The notes: generated from the letters alone by a model not told the origin. A stretch of 64,000 nucleotides of DNA from Candidatus Poribacteria bacterium (GCA_963663765.2 CAXXUA010000004.1:672001-736000); one strand, 5' to 3'; counted from the first letter of the stretch, positions 41,096 through 52,715 are shown. Made by a program: numbers and translations.

Positions 41096-44000
41096 ATGAA
41101 AAACTTTTACCACATCTTCGCAATTTTACTTTTATTTATGTTATTTGCTTTAACTATTGCTGCTTTGGCACAAGATATTGAGGTGGTCAATATCCCAGAC
41201 AAAAATTTGGAACAGGCAATACGTGAAGAACTTGGTATTCCTGAAACGACACCACTGACTTTTTCACACATGGGAATGCTAAAACGATTAAATGCAAACG
41301 AAAGGTCAATAACAGATCTCACTGGTTTAGAGTATGCAATAAATTTAGAAAGACTTGATTTATATAAAAACTATGAGTTAAGCGTTATACATCCGATTGC
41401 TGACCTGACAAACTTAAGTTGGTTATCTTTGGCAAGGACGCAAGTCGGTGATATGAGTCCAATTGTCAAACTAACAAATATAAAGGTTTTGTATCTCTGG
41501 AATACACCAATTTCCGATTTAGCTCCTTTGACAAAACTAACGCAACTGGTTGAAATCAATGCTGGGGGATGTCAAATATCAGATATTTCGCCGCTTGAAA
41601 ATCTAACCGAGTTAAAATCGCTATGGATACCGTACAACCAGATTATAGACATAACGCCCCTTGAGAACCTAACACAACTCACTATTTTAGGTTTGAGCCA
41701 TAACGACATCGTAAATGTCACCCCGTTGGCAAAGTTATTCCATTTGGAAAAATTGTACATTCAAGGTAATCAGATTACAGACCACAGTCCCCTTGATACG
41801 CTTTCACTACAAGTCTTTGAATATGATGGATTTTGTCTTTTACCGCGTTTATCTATTACCGAACGTATACAGAACAGGCGTTTTCCATCGGTATTTACAG
41901 CGTGGGGTGGTATAGGATGGAGTTCTGTTCTAAACCTTCCTGAAAAGTCGGGTTTAGAGCAGATGGCACTGCATGATCTCTATTTTTGCTGTCTGATTTT
42001 CAATCAGGAGTTTAGAGACACGCCTGAAGGTAAACGTGTTATGGGGTATATGACGGAAGCAATTGAAAAGCGTGATGCCTACCACGTTCAGAATCCAAAC
42101 ATGCTTTTCATTGCTGGATTGGAGATGCGAGGAGCCAATGTAACAAAATATCCTGAAGATTCACCCTAGTAGATAGTCCATTCTAATTGTTCGGGTATAG
42201 ATGTTTTAATCGTACGCGTGCATCGTCCGTTGTAAATTGCCAGTTTACCTGCTTTTGCTCTGCATTTCGCCGTTTTTGCCAGGCTTGTGTCTCTCTATGG
42301 AGTGTCTCTATATCTGGGATACGCCGACACAAACATTGACGCGTAAGGACACTCAGTTCTATTTCCGCTATATTCAACCAACTTCCATGTACTGGCGTAT
42401 GCACGATTTCTAAACGCTTACGCAACCTATTTGCTTCCTCATCTCCAAACACTTTATTGAGCGTCGAAAGTTTGTGTATATTCAGGTTGTCACAAACTAA
42501 AATCACACTTTTTGCTGATGAGTAGTCCTGATCCAATAGTATTTTTACTTCTTCTGCCCAATCCTCTGCCTTTCTGCGCGTCCGAACAGACACACGCCTC
42601 CATCCCGATAATGCTTCTGTGAATAGGAAGATATTTGCCGTGCCTTTGCGTTTATACTCATTATCTACACGCTTGACTTGCCCCGGTTTCACAGGATGCG
42701 GATCCCGAACATCATCCCTAAGCGTGACAGATTGTTCGTCCATGTTCACAACAGGTATTTCTGTATCTAAAGGTTTCTGGTAAAGATCAAGCACTTCTTC
42801 CATCGACTTTACAAACTCAGCATCTTTTTCAGGGGGAATCACCCACTGTTGTTGAAGGTGCGGCTTCAAAGCGTTTTTTTTAGTGTCTGTCTTACCGTTT
42901 CTGGAGAAATGCTTTCCACGATTTCAAGTCTTACCAATTCTGACGCAAGTAGGCGTAAAGTCCATTTAGCAGCACCTTCGGGAGGTTCGCTACAACTCAG
43001 TGCTATCAAGCGTGCTTCAGCTTCACCATCAAGTTTACGAGGTGTGGGAGGATGCTCTCGCTTAGCACGAAATAAGACACGAGAAAAACCACCTTCAGCA
43101 AAACGCTTACGCACTTTCGCGACTGTCCTATCAGTGCACTCATACGCTTCAGCTATTTTCCCATCAGTCCAACCGGGACCATTGACATCTGATTTCAGCA
43201 AAATATGAGCATTCCTTATCTTATACGCCTCTTTTTTACCTGTGTTTATACAATCTAACAACTCCTGCCGCTCCGAATCAGTGAGTTTTACAACATATTT
43301 CTTAGTCAAGGTTGTGTTCCTCCTTAAGTTTTGCTATACTATAAGAGAAAAACTCTTGTTTGTCAAGATACTAAGAAACAAAAAAATAAATACAAACTTT
43401 TAGTATGGACTATCTACTAGTGGTTGCGTGATGAAAATGGGGAACGTGTCGTTGCTTGGAAGGATGAAACGGCATTTTTATTAGACTTTACAAAGCCGGT
43501 TGTAATTGATAAGATTGTCAATGAGGCAATCGCTGTTGCGAATTGTGGTCTATATGACGGGATCTTTTTTGACTGGTGGAATGAACATGGGACTATTCTT
43601 TCCAATCCTGGGAGTAATTAGAAAGGTTATCGATCAAATGAATCAGAACAGCGTGCCAGAGACGAAATTCTTCGTCGTATCCGTGCGGAAGTCCGTGATG
43701 ACTTTCTCATCTTGGTAAACGGTAACCGGCGAACAATGCCTCGCACAGGATGGGGAATTAACGGCACTTTCATGGAAACCCTAAGAGATCACGATGAAGG
43801 CTACACCTATAACGGATTAAAACAGATCGAAAGCACGCTTTCTTGGGCTGAAGAAAATTTGCGAGAACCTCGGATTAACTGCTTAGAAGGATGGGGTGTT
43901 GAAACACAATCGCCTGACAGTCCACTAAATAGGAAATGGATGCGTGTGTTCACCACAATGAGCCTAACGCTTTCAGATGGCTACGTTTTATACAATGATG

Positions 44001-44416
44001 GGGTTCAGCACCAACATTACTGGTATCCGTTTTGGGACACGGATCTCGGTAAACCTATTAGTGAAAAAGGGCAACATTACAATAACCTTGAAGGTGTCTA
44101 TATCCGTGAATTCACGAACGGATGGGCTGTTTACAACCGTTCTGGTAAATTACAAAAGATAAGGTTGCCATCATTTAGTAGCAGCATCACCAATGAATTG
44201 CATTCTACAACACACACGCTTTCAGATTTAGATGGTGAGATTTATCTCAAAAACATTCCAGATCTGAACGGTGATAAAGTTGTCAACATATTGGACTTGG
44301 TAATTGTGGCGAACGCTTTCGGTAAGCAAAACCCATCGGTGGATCTAAATGGTGACGGTATCGTCAACATATTAGATTTAGTGATAGTCGCAAACGCATT
44401 TGGCAACCATAAATGA
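41096..44416 (+). pseudogene. Secreted internalin-like LRR protein with putative glycoside-hydrolase-like domain and dockerin, disrupted by IS630 and TAG stops
   Basis: Signal peptide, IPDKNLEQAIR cap, LRRs. Continues after the IS (WLRDENG...YDGIFFDWW), stop at 43619, two DLNGD..VNILDLV motifs. Confidence 0.85.
42169..43417 (-). mobile_element. IS630 family element (orfA 42866..43309, orfB 42183..42869)
   Basis: Perfect IRs GTAGATAGTCCAT / ATGGACTATCTAC flanked by TA. MDEQS, VCDNLNIH, HGSWLNIAEIE. Confidence 0.92.
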
Positions 44417-44502
44417 AACAAGTCTCAAAAGGCACATTAGCATTAGACAGTATAATGGTTTTATCAATAATCGTATTATAACACCAAGGAAGGAAGTAGA
44501 TA

Positions 44503-45018
44503 ATGAAATTGCGTTTTAGTGAATCGGAAATACCATACTGGGCTAAGCGATACTCAGACCCTGACGAAGAAGAACTTGAAAATGAATTAACAGATAAAGA
44601 TCTGGTTAACAAGGTGCAACAGCAACAATATCTGACGCGAGGTATATTGAGAAAGGTTGCCAGATGGAAATCCACGCGTCGTGTTGGTCTTATTGATCAC
44701 AATAGTGAAAACGACGTAAGAGAGATTACGGGCTATGTATTGAAGAGTCAGAGCGAACGTGTCACGTGGGGTGTTTTAACCTGTCTTGATGGCGTTGGAT
44801 TACCAACTGCCTCTGCGGTTCTTCATTTCTTTCACAAAGAACCGTATCCAATTTTAGATTATCGTGCAATGTGGTCTATTCAAGTGGATAAATACAATTA
44901 TTCATTCTCATTCTGGGAGGAATATGTGGATTATTGCAGGGACCTTTCGAAAAGTAACAATATTGATATGCGAACCTTGGATAGAGCACTTTGGCAGTAT
45001 TCAAGAGAAAATCAATAA
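44503..45018 (+). CDS. Helix-hairpin-helix DNA glycosylase-like protein
   Basis: LTCLDGVGLPTASAVL (HhH), YPILDYRA, MRTLDRALW. Confidence 0.6.
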   Translation: MKLRFSESEIPYWAKRYSDPDEEELENELTDKDLVNKVQQQQYLTRGILRKVARWKSTRRVGLIDHNSENDVREITGYVLKSQSERVTWGVLTCLDGVGLPTASAVLHFFHKEPYPILDYRAMWSIQVDKYNYSFSFWEEYVDYCRDLSKSNNIDMRTLDRALWQYSRENQ

Positions 45019-45046
45019 AGAACCAAGACGTAAAACAGAGACAACC

Positions 45047-45486
45047 ATGCAAACATTGATACCTATAGAAAATACAAATATTTTACAACTCACAGATGAC
45101 GATAAAATACGCATCGGTGTTGCGTGGGACGCGTTATCTCCGAATTCCAGACGCGCGTATCAACTAACTTGGCGACAACTTAATGACTTCCAATCCATCA
45201 AATGTGAAACTCTTGACAACATCACTGATATACAATTGGCAGCCTACCTCTCAAGTTTGGATGCAAAAGGCATAGCACCAAACACCTTATCGATCAACTT
45301 AGCCGCGGTTAAATGGTATTTCAGCAATGTGAAAGGGAATGATGTCCAGTTCCCCATCAGTCAAAAGCGATTGAAATCTATCCGTCACGACGCAAAAGGT
45401 CGTGGTCGCGGTCAAGTAGATGCTCTTGTGTGGCCTGACGTTGAACGGGTTTGTGCATTTGCTGAGGCAGATAGGTCTCTTAGTGG
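45047..45486 (+). pseudogene. Truncated Cre-like recombinase (N-terminal half only)
   Basis: KGRGRGQVDALVWPDVERVCAFAEAD matches KNRGRGQVTGLDWQQTERVCAFAESE of 24144. Homology stops just before the catalytic domain. Confidence 0.85.
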
Positions 45487-45609
45487 TTTTCTTGCTAAGG
45501 ATTTATTATATGTTTCCATTGATGATCTACTACTTAAACAGATGACTACTGGGTTCTTCAGATTTGGACTTTTATTTTATGTTAAAATTAATTACCGAAA
45601 GAACTATTT

Positions 45610-45840
45610 AGTCCAGTAGAGACGATATGTTTATAGAAAGGCGTTATCACCCCTCTCTTGAGTTCCGTAGGAACGACATAGAAGGTTAAACATATCGTTC
45701 CTACGGGACTAAAAAGACGGGGGGATATGTATTTCTATAAACATATCGTTCCTACGGGACTGAAGAGTATAGTTGATATTAACAATATTTCCTTATATTG
45801 ACACCTATGCGGCTGAGCAAAGAGACCCCGCCCTACAATG
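45610..45840. repeat. REP/MITE-like palindromic repeats
   Basis: TTCCGTAGGAACGA inverted against two direct copies of AAACATATCGTTCCTACGGGACT. Confidence 0.65.
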
Positions 45841-45917
45841 GGGAATTAGTTGTTTGTGCAATAACTTTACACACCAAGGTTGGAGTTTTGTCGTGATTTT
45901 TGATAAGTCCAAGATTC

Positions 45918-46706
45918 CTAATGTCCCTCAAGAGCTTTTCGGAGTCCATCGCCATTTTGCCGCCACCAACTGTAGAGTATTGAAATGTCGGTGCCAATAC
46001 AGAAATGCTTTACCCCCATATCAAGAAACCGTTTTGCACCATCCACACTTCCGATTTCAGCTCGGGGAGGTACTCCCATTGTTAGTGCTGTCTTAAACAC
46101 CCGTCGTTCCGCTTCTTGTATTTCAGCAGAACCGCGCTGTCCGACCTTTCCAACACTCATAGAATAGTCTGATCCACCCCATTGAATCATATCTACACCT
46201 TCAACAGATAACACCTCTTCAAGGTTCTCAACGGTGCCTTTCTTCTCAATCATAATGACAACGACAACGTCGCGTAGTGCTTGCACATACTCAGGTCCTC
46301 CTCCGTATCCCATATAAGCGAACCGACGCGTTGCTACACCGTAGCTACCGCCATCCTCAGGGGTATCCGCCCGCGTAGTCCGTACACATTCCTTCACGTC
46401 ATCGACGTTTTGACAATCTGCGTATAGTATGCTTTGGAAGCCTGAACCGATCGCGCGTTGTGCTAAAAATCCGCGCGGTTCCTGATCCACTTTGATCATT
46501 GTAGAGATATTGTGAAGTTCTGCAGCGCGGCACAAGTTGTCTAAATCGTACAGGTCATACGGACCGTATTCACCCACAAATTCTACATAGTCATACATTC
46601 CTGTGTGGCCGATTGCTTCTACGATTGAGGGCCAAGTGGTGTGAATGTGTGTACCAATAGTGGGTTTGTCATTATTGAGCAGTTCCCGGAAGGTGTTTTT
46701 TCTCAT
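45918..46706 (-). CDS. HpcH/HpaI aldolase family protein
   Basis: YDYVEFVGEYG, IMIEK..TVENLEEVLSVEGVD..QWGGSDYSMSVG. Confidence 0.85.
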   Translation of the reverse strand: MRKNTFRELLNNDKPTIGTHIHTTWPSIVEAIGHTGMYDYVEFVGEYGPYDLYDLDNLCRAAELHNISTMIKVDQEPRGFLAQRAIGSGFQSILYADCQNVDDVKECVRTTRADTPEDGGSYGVATRRFAYMGYGGGPEYVQALRDVVVVIMIEKKGTVENLEEVLSVEGVDMIQWGGSDYSMSVGKVGQRGSAEIQEAERRVFKTALTMGVPPRAEIGSVDGAKRFLDMGVKHFCIGTDISILYSWWRQNGDGLRKALEGH

Positions 46707-46820
46707 CTATATTCCTCTCAAGTTTTGAATAGATCGGTTTCTAATGTCTTGTTTTCGTTTCTGAATGTGCATATTTTAGCAGGAATCACTACTTTTATCA
46801 ACTGCAATAGGGTGTATAGC

Positions 46821-46952
46821 CAGAGGTAATCAATTGTCCGAAATGAACTATTGTGGGAGGAGTTTGTCACCCCAATTTCAGAGAACCAGCATAACAAATC
46901 AGGGTTACAAACCCCTGCTACAAAGATGTATAATGACAATTGAATAACTCTG
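46821..46952. mobile_element. 132-bp MITE with 10-bp target duplication
   Basis: IRs CAGAGGTAATCAATTGTC / GACAATTGAATAACTCTG. GGTGTATAGC at 46811-20 and 46953-62. Confidence 0.8.
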
Positions 46953-46961
46953 GGTGTATAG

Positions 46962-47072
46962 CAGGTTTATTCAGTTTTCAATATATTGAGTAAATTCTAT
47001 CACAGTCGTTAGTCCTCAAGTTAGCTTATTTTTGGGGAGTTAACTCGTTCTTTGTCTGAACCAGGATTTTCA
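46962..47072 (-). mobile_element. Partial copy of the 55730-56060 MITE
   Basis: About 110 bp similar to the reverse complement of 55950-56060. Confidence 0.75.
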
Positions 47073-47312
47073 AATCAAGAAATCAACGGTATGAATGCCT
47101 AAATGAGATTCATACCGTTAATTTCTTGTATTAAGCGTAATCCGAGATTCTGTCTGCAAAAATGTCTACACATCCTACATCAATTTTCTATTTGCAATTT
47201 TCAACTATGTATAGTATAATCATTAAATATTTTTAATCCATTTTTTACCGCCCAATAATCCTATTTTTGAGGAAACCACAAAGGAAAACTAACGAGAAAT
47301 CACAAAGAAAAG

Positions 47313-48497
47313 ATGAATATTCACGAATACCAAGCCAAAGAAATATTAGAGTCTTTCGGAGTTAATACTCTCCCAGGTAAAGTCGCTGAAACACCAGAAG
47401 AAGCCGTGACCATTGCTCAAGAAATTGAATGTCACCAATATGTCGTCAAAGCACAAATTCATGCAGGCGGCCGTGGTAAAGGTGGAGGTGTCAAGCTTGC
47501 CAACTCAATCGCTGAAGTAAAACAACTTGCAGCAAATATGATTGGAATGCAACTTGTGACACCCCAAACTGGTTCCGAGGGAAAACTTGTCAGAAAAGTT
47601 CTGGTCGTAAAAGCAGCGGAAATACAAAAAGAATTCTATCTGGCTATTTTACTTGATAGAGAAACATCACAGATCACTTTAATTGGTAGTGAAGAGGGAG
47701 GTGTTGAGATCGAGGAGGTAGCTGCGACAAATCCTGAAAAGATCATAAGGTTACAGATACATCCCGCATTTGGCTTGAATGTTTTTCAAGCAAGAGAGTT
47801 CGCATACAAACTCATAACAAATCCAACATACCGACAACTTATTCCTAATGCCACTGAGTTGATAATGTCTGTCTATAATGCGTTTGTTTCATGCGATTGT
47901 TCGTTGATAGAGATAAATCCGTTAGCAATTGTCAGTGATGACGATGACTTGAAAATCGTTGCGCTTGACTCAAAGGTGAACTTTGACGATAACTCACTCT
48001 GGCGACAACCTGATATTACATCTATGCGCGATCCACATGAAGAAGACCCAAGTGAATTGGAAGCAAGTGAATCTGGTTTGAGTTATATCCGTTTAGATGG
48101 CAACATCGGTTGTATGGTGAATGGTGCAGGTTTAGCTATGGCAACAATGGATATTATCAAGGAGAAAGGTGGTGAACCGGCTAACTTTCTTGATGTTGGG
48201 GGAGGCGCGACTGTGGAAGCTGTTGCACATGCTTTCCGTCTAATCCTTGCTGATGAAAACGTGATGGCTGTTCTTGTTAATATCTTTGGTGGTATCATGA
48301 AATGCGACACTATCGCGACCGGCATAGTTGAAGCTGTAAAACAGGTCAAACTCAACGTCCCGCTGATAGTTCGGTTAGAAGGAACAAATGTGGAACTTGG
48401 CAAACAAATCATTGCGGAATCTGACTTGAACCTTCAACTGGCAGAAGGACTTGCTGAAGCAGCAGAACTTGCGGTTTCTGCTGCAAAGACTGCATAG
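47313..48497 (+). CDS. sucC: Succinyl-CoA synthetase beta subunit
   Basis: [44 protein letters not shown]. Confidence 0.97.
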   Translation: MNIHEYQAKEILESFGVNTLPGKVAETPEEAVTIAQEIECHQYVVKAQIHAGGRGKGGGVKLANSIAEVKQLAANMIGMQLVTPQTGSEGKLVRKVLVVKAAEIQKEFYLAILLDRETSQITLIGSEEGGVEIEEVAATNPEKIIRLQIHPAFGLNVFQAREFAYKLITNPTYRQLIPNATELIMSVYNAFVSCDCSLIEINPLAIVSDDDDLKIVALDSKVNFDDNSLWRQPDITSMRDPHEEDPSELEASESGLSYIRLDGNIGCMVNGAGLAMATMDIIKEKGGEPANFLDVGGGATVEAVAHAFRLILADENVMAVLVNIFGGIMKCDTIATGIVEAVKQVKLNVPLIVRLEGTNVELGKQIIAESDLNLQLAEGLAEAAELAVSAAKTA

Positions 48498-48505
48498 AGG
48501 ACCTA

Positions 48506-49492
48506 TTGAACGAGAATAGTAAAAAACAAATCGTATCTGATGAGATTATTCTACCGCACAACCAATTTGATATTGTGGCGAAAGACCCATTCTATTCCTT
48601 TCCAAAGGATATGCTACGTTTCTTGATGAATAGGACTGATTTTGAGTTTATTGAACATGTTGACACCAATTTACCCACTGTTGAAGTCCGTTATATGGAC
48701 ATTTTAATAAAGGCCTTACTTGATAAACAACCGATATTAATTCATTGTGAAATCCAAACAGACGATAGCAGACATCCAGACATGGTTCAACGCAATGTTG
48801 GCTACCTCGGTAGGTGCTTTGAAAAATATGGTTTACCGATCTATTCATTCGTCCTCTATCTGCGATCAACAGCAGGGGTTAAGGATCCAGGGGGATATTT
48901 TCAAGATGTACCAGGACACCGATTCATTGTTGAATATCAAGTAATTCGTTTGGACAAGATCGAAGGGAAATCAATTCTTCAAGAAAAACAACCAGGTCTG
49001 ATGCCTTTTACTCCGTTAATGAAACCTCAAACGGGAATGTCAAATATGGAGTGGACGAATCATTGTGCCGAAGCAACAAAGAAACTATCAGTTGACCTAA
49101 AAACTAAGAATAATTTGCTGGTTGAGTTATGGGTAATGAGTGGTTTAAGACATAAACGTCAAGATTTAATACAATTACTATCGGAGGATATTGTGAATAA
49201 TTCAACAGTTTACGAGATGATAATTGAACGTGGTATGGAACGCGGAAAGGAACAAGGTATTGAACAAGGTATTAAACAAGGTAAGCAGCTAGGTGCAAAA
49301 ACACAGACTATTGATTTTATCACGGATTTGCTAGACAAGCGTTTTGAGATGAGGACTGCTGAAATCTTAACACCTTTGCTTCAACCGATTGACGATTTAG
49401 AACGACTCAGAGAGTTGTTTCATGAGGCATTAGAAGTGGAGCATCTGGAAGATTTTATCCAATCAGTACAAACGGTTCAAAATGGAACATAG
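48506..49492 (+). CDS. Rpn-family / PD-(D/E)XK putative transposase-nuclease
   Basis: VRYMDIL...IHCEIQT, then a low-complexity EQG/KQG tail. Confidence 0.75.
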   Translation: MNENSKKQIVSDEIILPHNQFDIVAKDPFYSFPKDMLRFLMNRTDFEFIEHVDTNLPTVEVRYMDILIKALLDKQPILIHCEIQTDDSRHPDMVQRNVGYLGRCFEKYGLPIYSFVLYLRSTAGVKDPGGYFQDVPGHRFIVEYQVIRLDKIEGKSILQEKQPGLMPFTPLMKPQTGMSNMEWTNHCAEATKKLSVDLKTKNNLLVELWVMSGLRHKRQDLIQLLSEDIVNNSTVYEMIIERGMERGKEQGIEQGIKQGKQLGAKTQTIDFITDLLDKRFEMRTAEILTPLLQPIDDLERLRELFHEALEVEHLEDFIQSVQTVQNGT

Positions 49493-49557
49493 TTTGTATT
49501 GAAGAATCGCTAACGGGTTGATTAGCGATACATAGTATATCGCATAGAAGTAGAAAA

Positions 49558-50748
49558 ATGGCAAAACTGGAATTAGCTGATATTGATCTTAACGGTAAAC
49601 GAGTTTTGGTACGTGTGGACTTTAACGTACCACTGAAAGACGGGAAAATCACAGATGAAACCCGTATCACCGCTGCTTTGCCTACCCTATTAAATCTGAT
49701 TCATCGGAATGCAAAAATCATCCTTGTCACTCACTTGGGAAGACCAAAAGTCGGCTCATCCACAGATCGTGTGGAACTTTCTACTGCCCCAATTGCTATT
49801 GCACTTAGTCAAAAACTGGGAAAACGTGTTAGACATGTCAATAATTGTATCGGTGAAGAGGTGCAGAATGCAATTGAGGCATTGGAAGATGGTGAAATTC
49901 TACTCCTTGAAAATGTGCGTTTTTACGAAGAAGAGGCAAACAACGATCCAGAATTTGCACAGCAACTTGCCTCAATTGCTGATGTTTACGTTAACGATGC
50001 TTTCGGTACAGCACACCGCGCTCATGCCTCAACAGAAGGGGTAACACACTATTTGACAACGTGTGTCGCAGGTTCGCTCATGGCGCGCGAGATTCATTAC
50101 CTTAGCCTGAGTCTTGAAAACCCTGCCCGTCCTTATGTAGCAATTCTTGGTGGCGCGAAAACATCTGATAAAATCACTTTGATTGAAAACTTATTAGACA
50201 AGGTTGACAACCTGCTCATCGGTGGTGGAATGGCTTACACGTTTCTTGCTGCAATGGATGTTTCAATCGGTAACTCACTCGTGGAAACGGAGAAACTTGA
50301 CGTGGCATCATCGCTAATTAAGAAACGAGGCTTTTCAGATTCCGTTCTCCTACCTGCTGATCACGTTGTAGGGCAAATGTTTAATCCTAACACCGAATCT
50401 CAAATCATTGATAGCGTGGCTATTCCTGACGGTTGGCAGGGATTAGACATTGGACCGAAAACTGTTGCTGCATTCGGTGAACGGATTGCTTCAGCAAAAA
50501 CAGTGGTATGGAACGGACCTTTAGGTGTATATGAGTTTGAAAAGTTCGCTCAAGGAACGATTACGGTTGCTCAGCAGATAGCTTCCTCCGAAGCAGTAAG
50601 TATCATCGGTGGCGGTGATTGTGTCGCAGCAATTCAACATGCGGGTGTTGCAGATCGCATAACACATGTATCGACTGGCGGTGGAGCGTCATTAGAGTTT
50701 TTAGAAGGGAAATCATTACCCGGCATAACAGCCTTAACAGACAAATAA
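49558..50748 (+). CDS. pgk: Phosphoglycerate kinase
   Basis: RVDFNVP, LENVRF, NDAFGTAHRAHAS, HVSTGGGASLEFLEG. Confidence 0.98.
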   Translation: MAKLELADIDLNGKRVLVRVDFNVPLKDGKITDETRITAALPTLLNLIHRNAKIILVTHLGRPKVGSSTDRVELSTAPIAIALSQKLGKRVRHVNNCIGEEVQNAIEALEDGEILLLENVRFYEEEANNDPEFAQQLASIADVYVNDAFGTAHRAHASTEGVTHYLTTCVAGSLMAREIHYLSLSLENPARPYVAILGGAKTSDKITLIENLLDKVDNLLIGGGMAYTFLAAMDVSIGNSLVETEKLDVASSLIKKRGFSDSVLLPADHVVGQMFNPNTESQIIDSVAIPDGWQGLDIGPKTVAAFGERIASAKTVVWNGPLGVYEFEKFAQGTITVAQQIASSEAVSIIGGGDCVAAIQHAGVADRITHVSTGGGASLEFLEGKSLPGITALTDK

Positions 50749-50769
50749 CCCCGAACTGGTAACTAAAAT

Positions 50770-52206
50770 ATGTTTGATAAAATTACGCCTCGTAGTGAAG
50801 ACTACTCAAAATGGTATACGCAAGTCATCCGTCAAGCAGAGATGGCAGATTACGCACCTGTGCGCGGCTGCATGGTAGTGCGTCCTTACGGCTATGCCCT
50901 CTGGGAAAATGTCAAGGAACAATTGGATATCCGCTTCAAAGCAACAGGTCACCAAAATGCTGCCTTTCCGCTTTTCATTCCGATGAGTTTCATTGAAAAA
51001 GAAGCGGAACACGTTGAGGGTTTTAAACCTGAACTCGCTGTTGTCACACACGGTGGTGGTAAAGAATTAGAAGAACCGCTTGTTGTACGTCCAACATCCG
51101 AAACCATCATCGGGCACATGTATAGTCAATGGATACAATCTTACCGTGACCTCCCCGTGCTAATCAATCAGTGGGCAAACGTGGTGCGATGGGAATTACG
51201 TCCTCGTCTTTTCCTCAGAACAATGGAATTTTTCTGGCAAGAGGGTCATACCGCACATGCGACACATGAAGAAGCAATGGAGGAAACACTCCGCATCCTT
51301 GACATCTATACCGACTTTGCTGTCAATGAAGCAGCGATACCTGTCATTCCTGGTCGTAAGAGTGATAGCGAGAAGTTTCCCGGTGCCTTAACGTCCTATA
51401 CGATTGAGGCGATGATGGGAGACAAACGCGCTCTCCAAGCAGGTACATCACACGACCTTGGACAGAACTTTGCTAAGGTCTTTGATATACAATACCTTGA
51501 TGCAAACCAGAAACAACAGCACTGCTGGACAACCAGTTGGGGTGTTAGCACGCGCATGATTGGTGCGATTATCATGACACATGGAGATGACCAAGGCTTA
51601 GTTCTTCCTCCACGACTTGCTCCCACGCAACTTGTTATTGTACCGATTGTTCCGAAAAACAACGAAGAAGTAAAACAGGTCGTCACACAAACCGTTGATG
51701 CTATCTGTGAAACCTTAGGAGATATCCGTTACCATGTTGATGACCGATATGAGTATTCTCCTGGGTGGCGATTTAACGAGTGGGAACTCAAAGGTGTGCC
51801 TTTGCGAATAGAGATTGGTCCCCGTGACATAGAAAATCAGCAGGTCGTCTTTGCCAGACGAGATATTCCCGGTAAAGAAGGTAAATCCTTTATCCCTATT
51901 GCCGAGGTGGCTGAGACAGCAACGCAGATGCTTGACACAATTCAGACAGATATGCTCAAACGTGCAACAGAATTCCGAGATGCAAATACCTTTGAACCGA
52001 CAGAATACGATGAATTTAAGGGGATTGTTGAAAATGGTTTCGCACGCGCATGGTGGTGCGGAAACGTTGAATGTGAAGACAAGGTCAAAGAAGATACACA
52101 AGCAACTATCAGATGTATCCCGATGGATCAGCCTGATTCTGAGGGGGTATGTATTGTCTGCGGCACGCATGCAAAAGAGATCACAATTTTTTCACGGGCG
52201 TACTAA
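50770..52206 (+). CDS. proS: Proline--tRNA ligase (archaeal/eukaryote-like short form)
   Basis: RPTSET, NQWANVVRWE, FFWQEGHTAH, QAGTSHDLGQNF, C-terminal Zn cysteines and RAY*. Confidence 0.97.
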   Translation: MFDKITPRSEDYSKWYTQVIRQAEMADYAPVRGCMVVRPYGYALWENVKEQLDIRFKATGHQNAAFPLFIPMSFIEKEAEHVEGFKPELAVVTHGGGKELEEPLVVRPTSETIIGHMYSQWIQSYRDLPVLINQWANVVRWELRPRLFLRTMEFFWQEGHTAHATHEEAMEETLRILDIYTDFAVNEAAIPVIPGRKSDSEKFPGALTSYTIEAMMGDKRALQAGTSHDLGQNFAKVFDIQYLDANQKQQHCWTTSWGVSTRMIGAIIMTHGDDQGLVLPPRLAPTQLVIVPIVPKNNEEVKQVVTQTVDAICETLGDIRYHVDDRYEYSPGWRFNEWELKGVPLRIEIGPRDIENQQVVFARRDIPGKEGKSFIPIAEVAETATQMLDTIQTDMLKRATEFRDANTFEPTEYDEFKGIVENGFARAWWCGNVECEDKVKEDTQATIRCIPMDQPDSEGVCIVCGTHAKEITIFSRAY

Positions 52207-52310
52207 AGAACTTACTCAATTTTGAAATAGCAACGATAAGGTGTATTAGAGGATTTGACGTTTAATACATACCTATATTTGTGAAAATATAACACATAGG
52301 AAGATAATAA

Positions 52311-52715
52311 ATGAAATACATCACGATTCTCACAATGCTATTTACAATCTTAGCATCAACCGCACAGAGCGAACTTACTCCAACAGACCTTGATAAGATT
52401 CAAGAAATTGTCAATGCGTCTGAACAACGAACCAAAGAATACGCGAATTTAAAATTTGATAGTTTTGAAAAAAACGTTAACGAACGATTTAATAGCGTTG
52501 ACAAACGATTTGATAACGTTGATAAACGATTTGATAGCGTTAATAAACGAATGACACACCAAGCAAATTTCACTTACGGTCTCATGGCACTTGTTGCAGT
52601 TGCCATAGGTTTCCCCGCATGGCGAAGCCAAAAAGACCGATCTCTACAAAGAAAGATAGAAGCACTCACACAGGAAATTGAAAAACTCAAAAAACAACGT
52701 ATTCAAACCCCGTAG
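52311..52715 (+). CDS. Secreted/membrane coiled-coil protein with heptad repeats
   Basis: Signal peptide, repeated F(D/N)(S/N)VDKR, TM helix. Confidence 0.7.
   Translation: MKYITILTMLFTILASTAQSELTPTDLDKIQEIVNASEQRTKEYANLKFDSFEKNVNERFNSVDKRFDNVDKRFDSVNKRMTHQANFTYGLMALVAVAIGFPAWRSQKDRSLQRKIEALTQEIEKLKKQRIQTP

Noticed and set aside
23733-43621. Several in-frame TAG codons suggesting stop-codon recoding
   Set aside because: The residues expected at these sites differ (Q, K, Y, W), each is one substitution from TAG, and intact genes such as sucC end in TAG.
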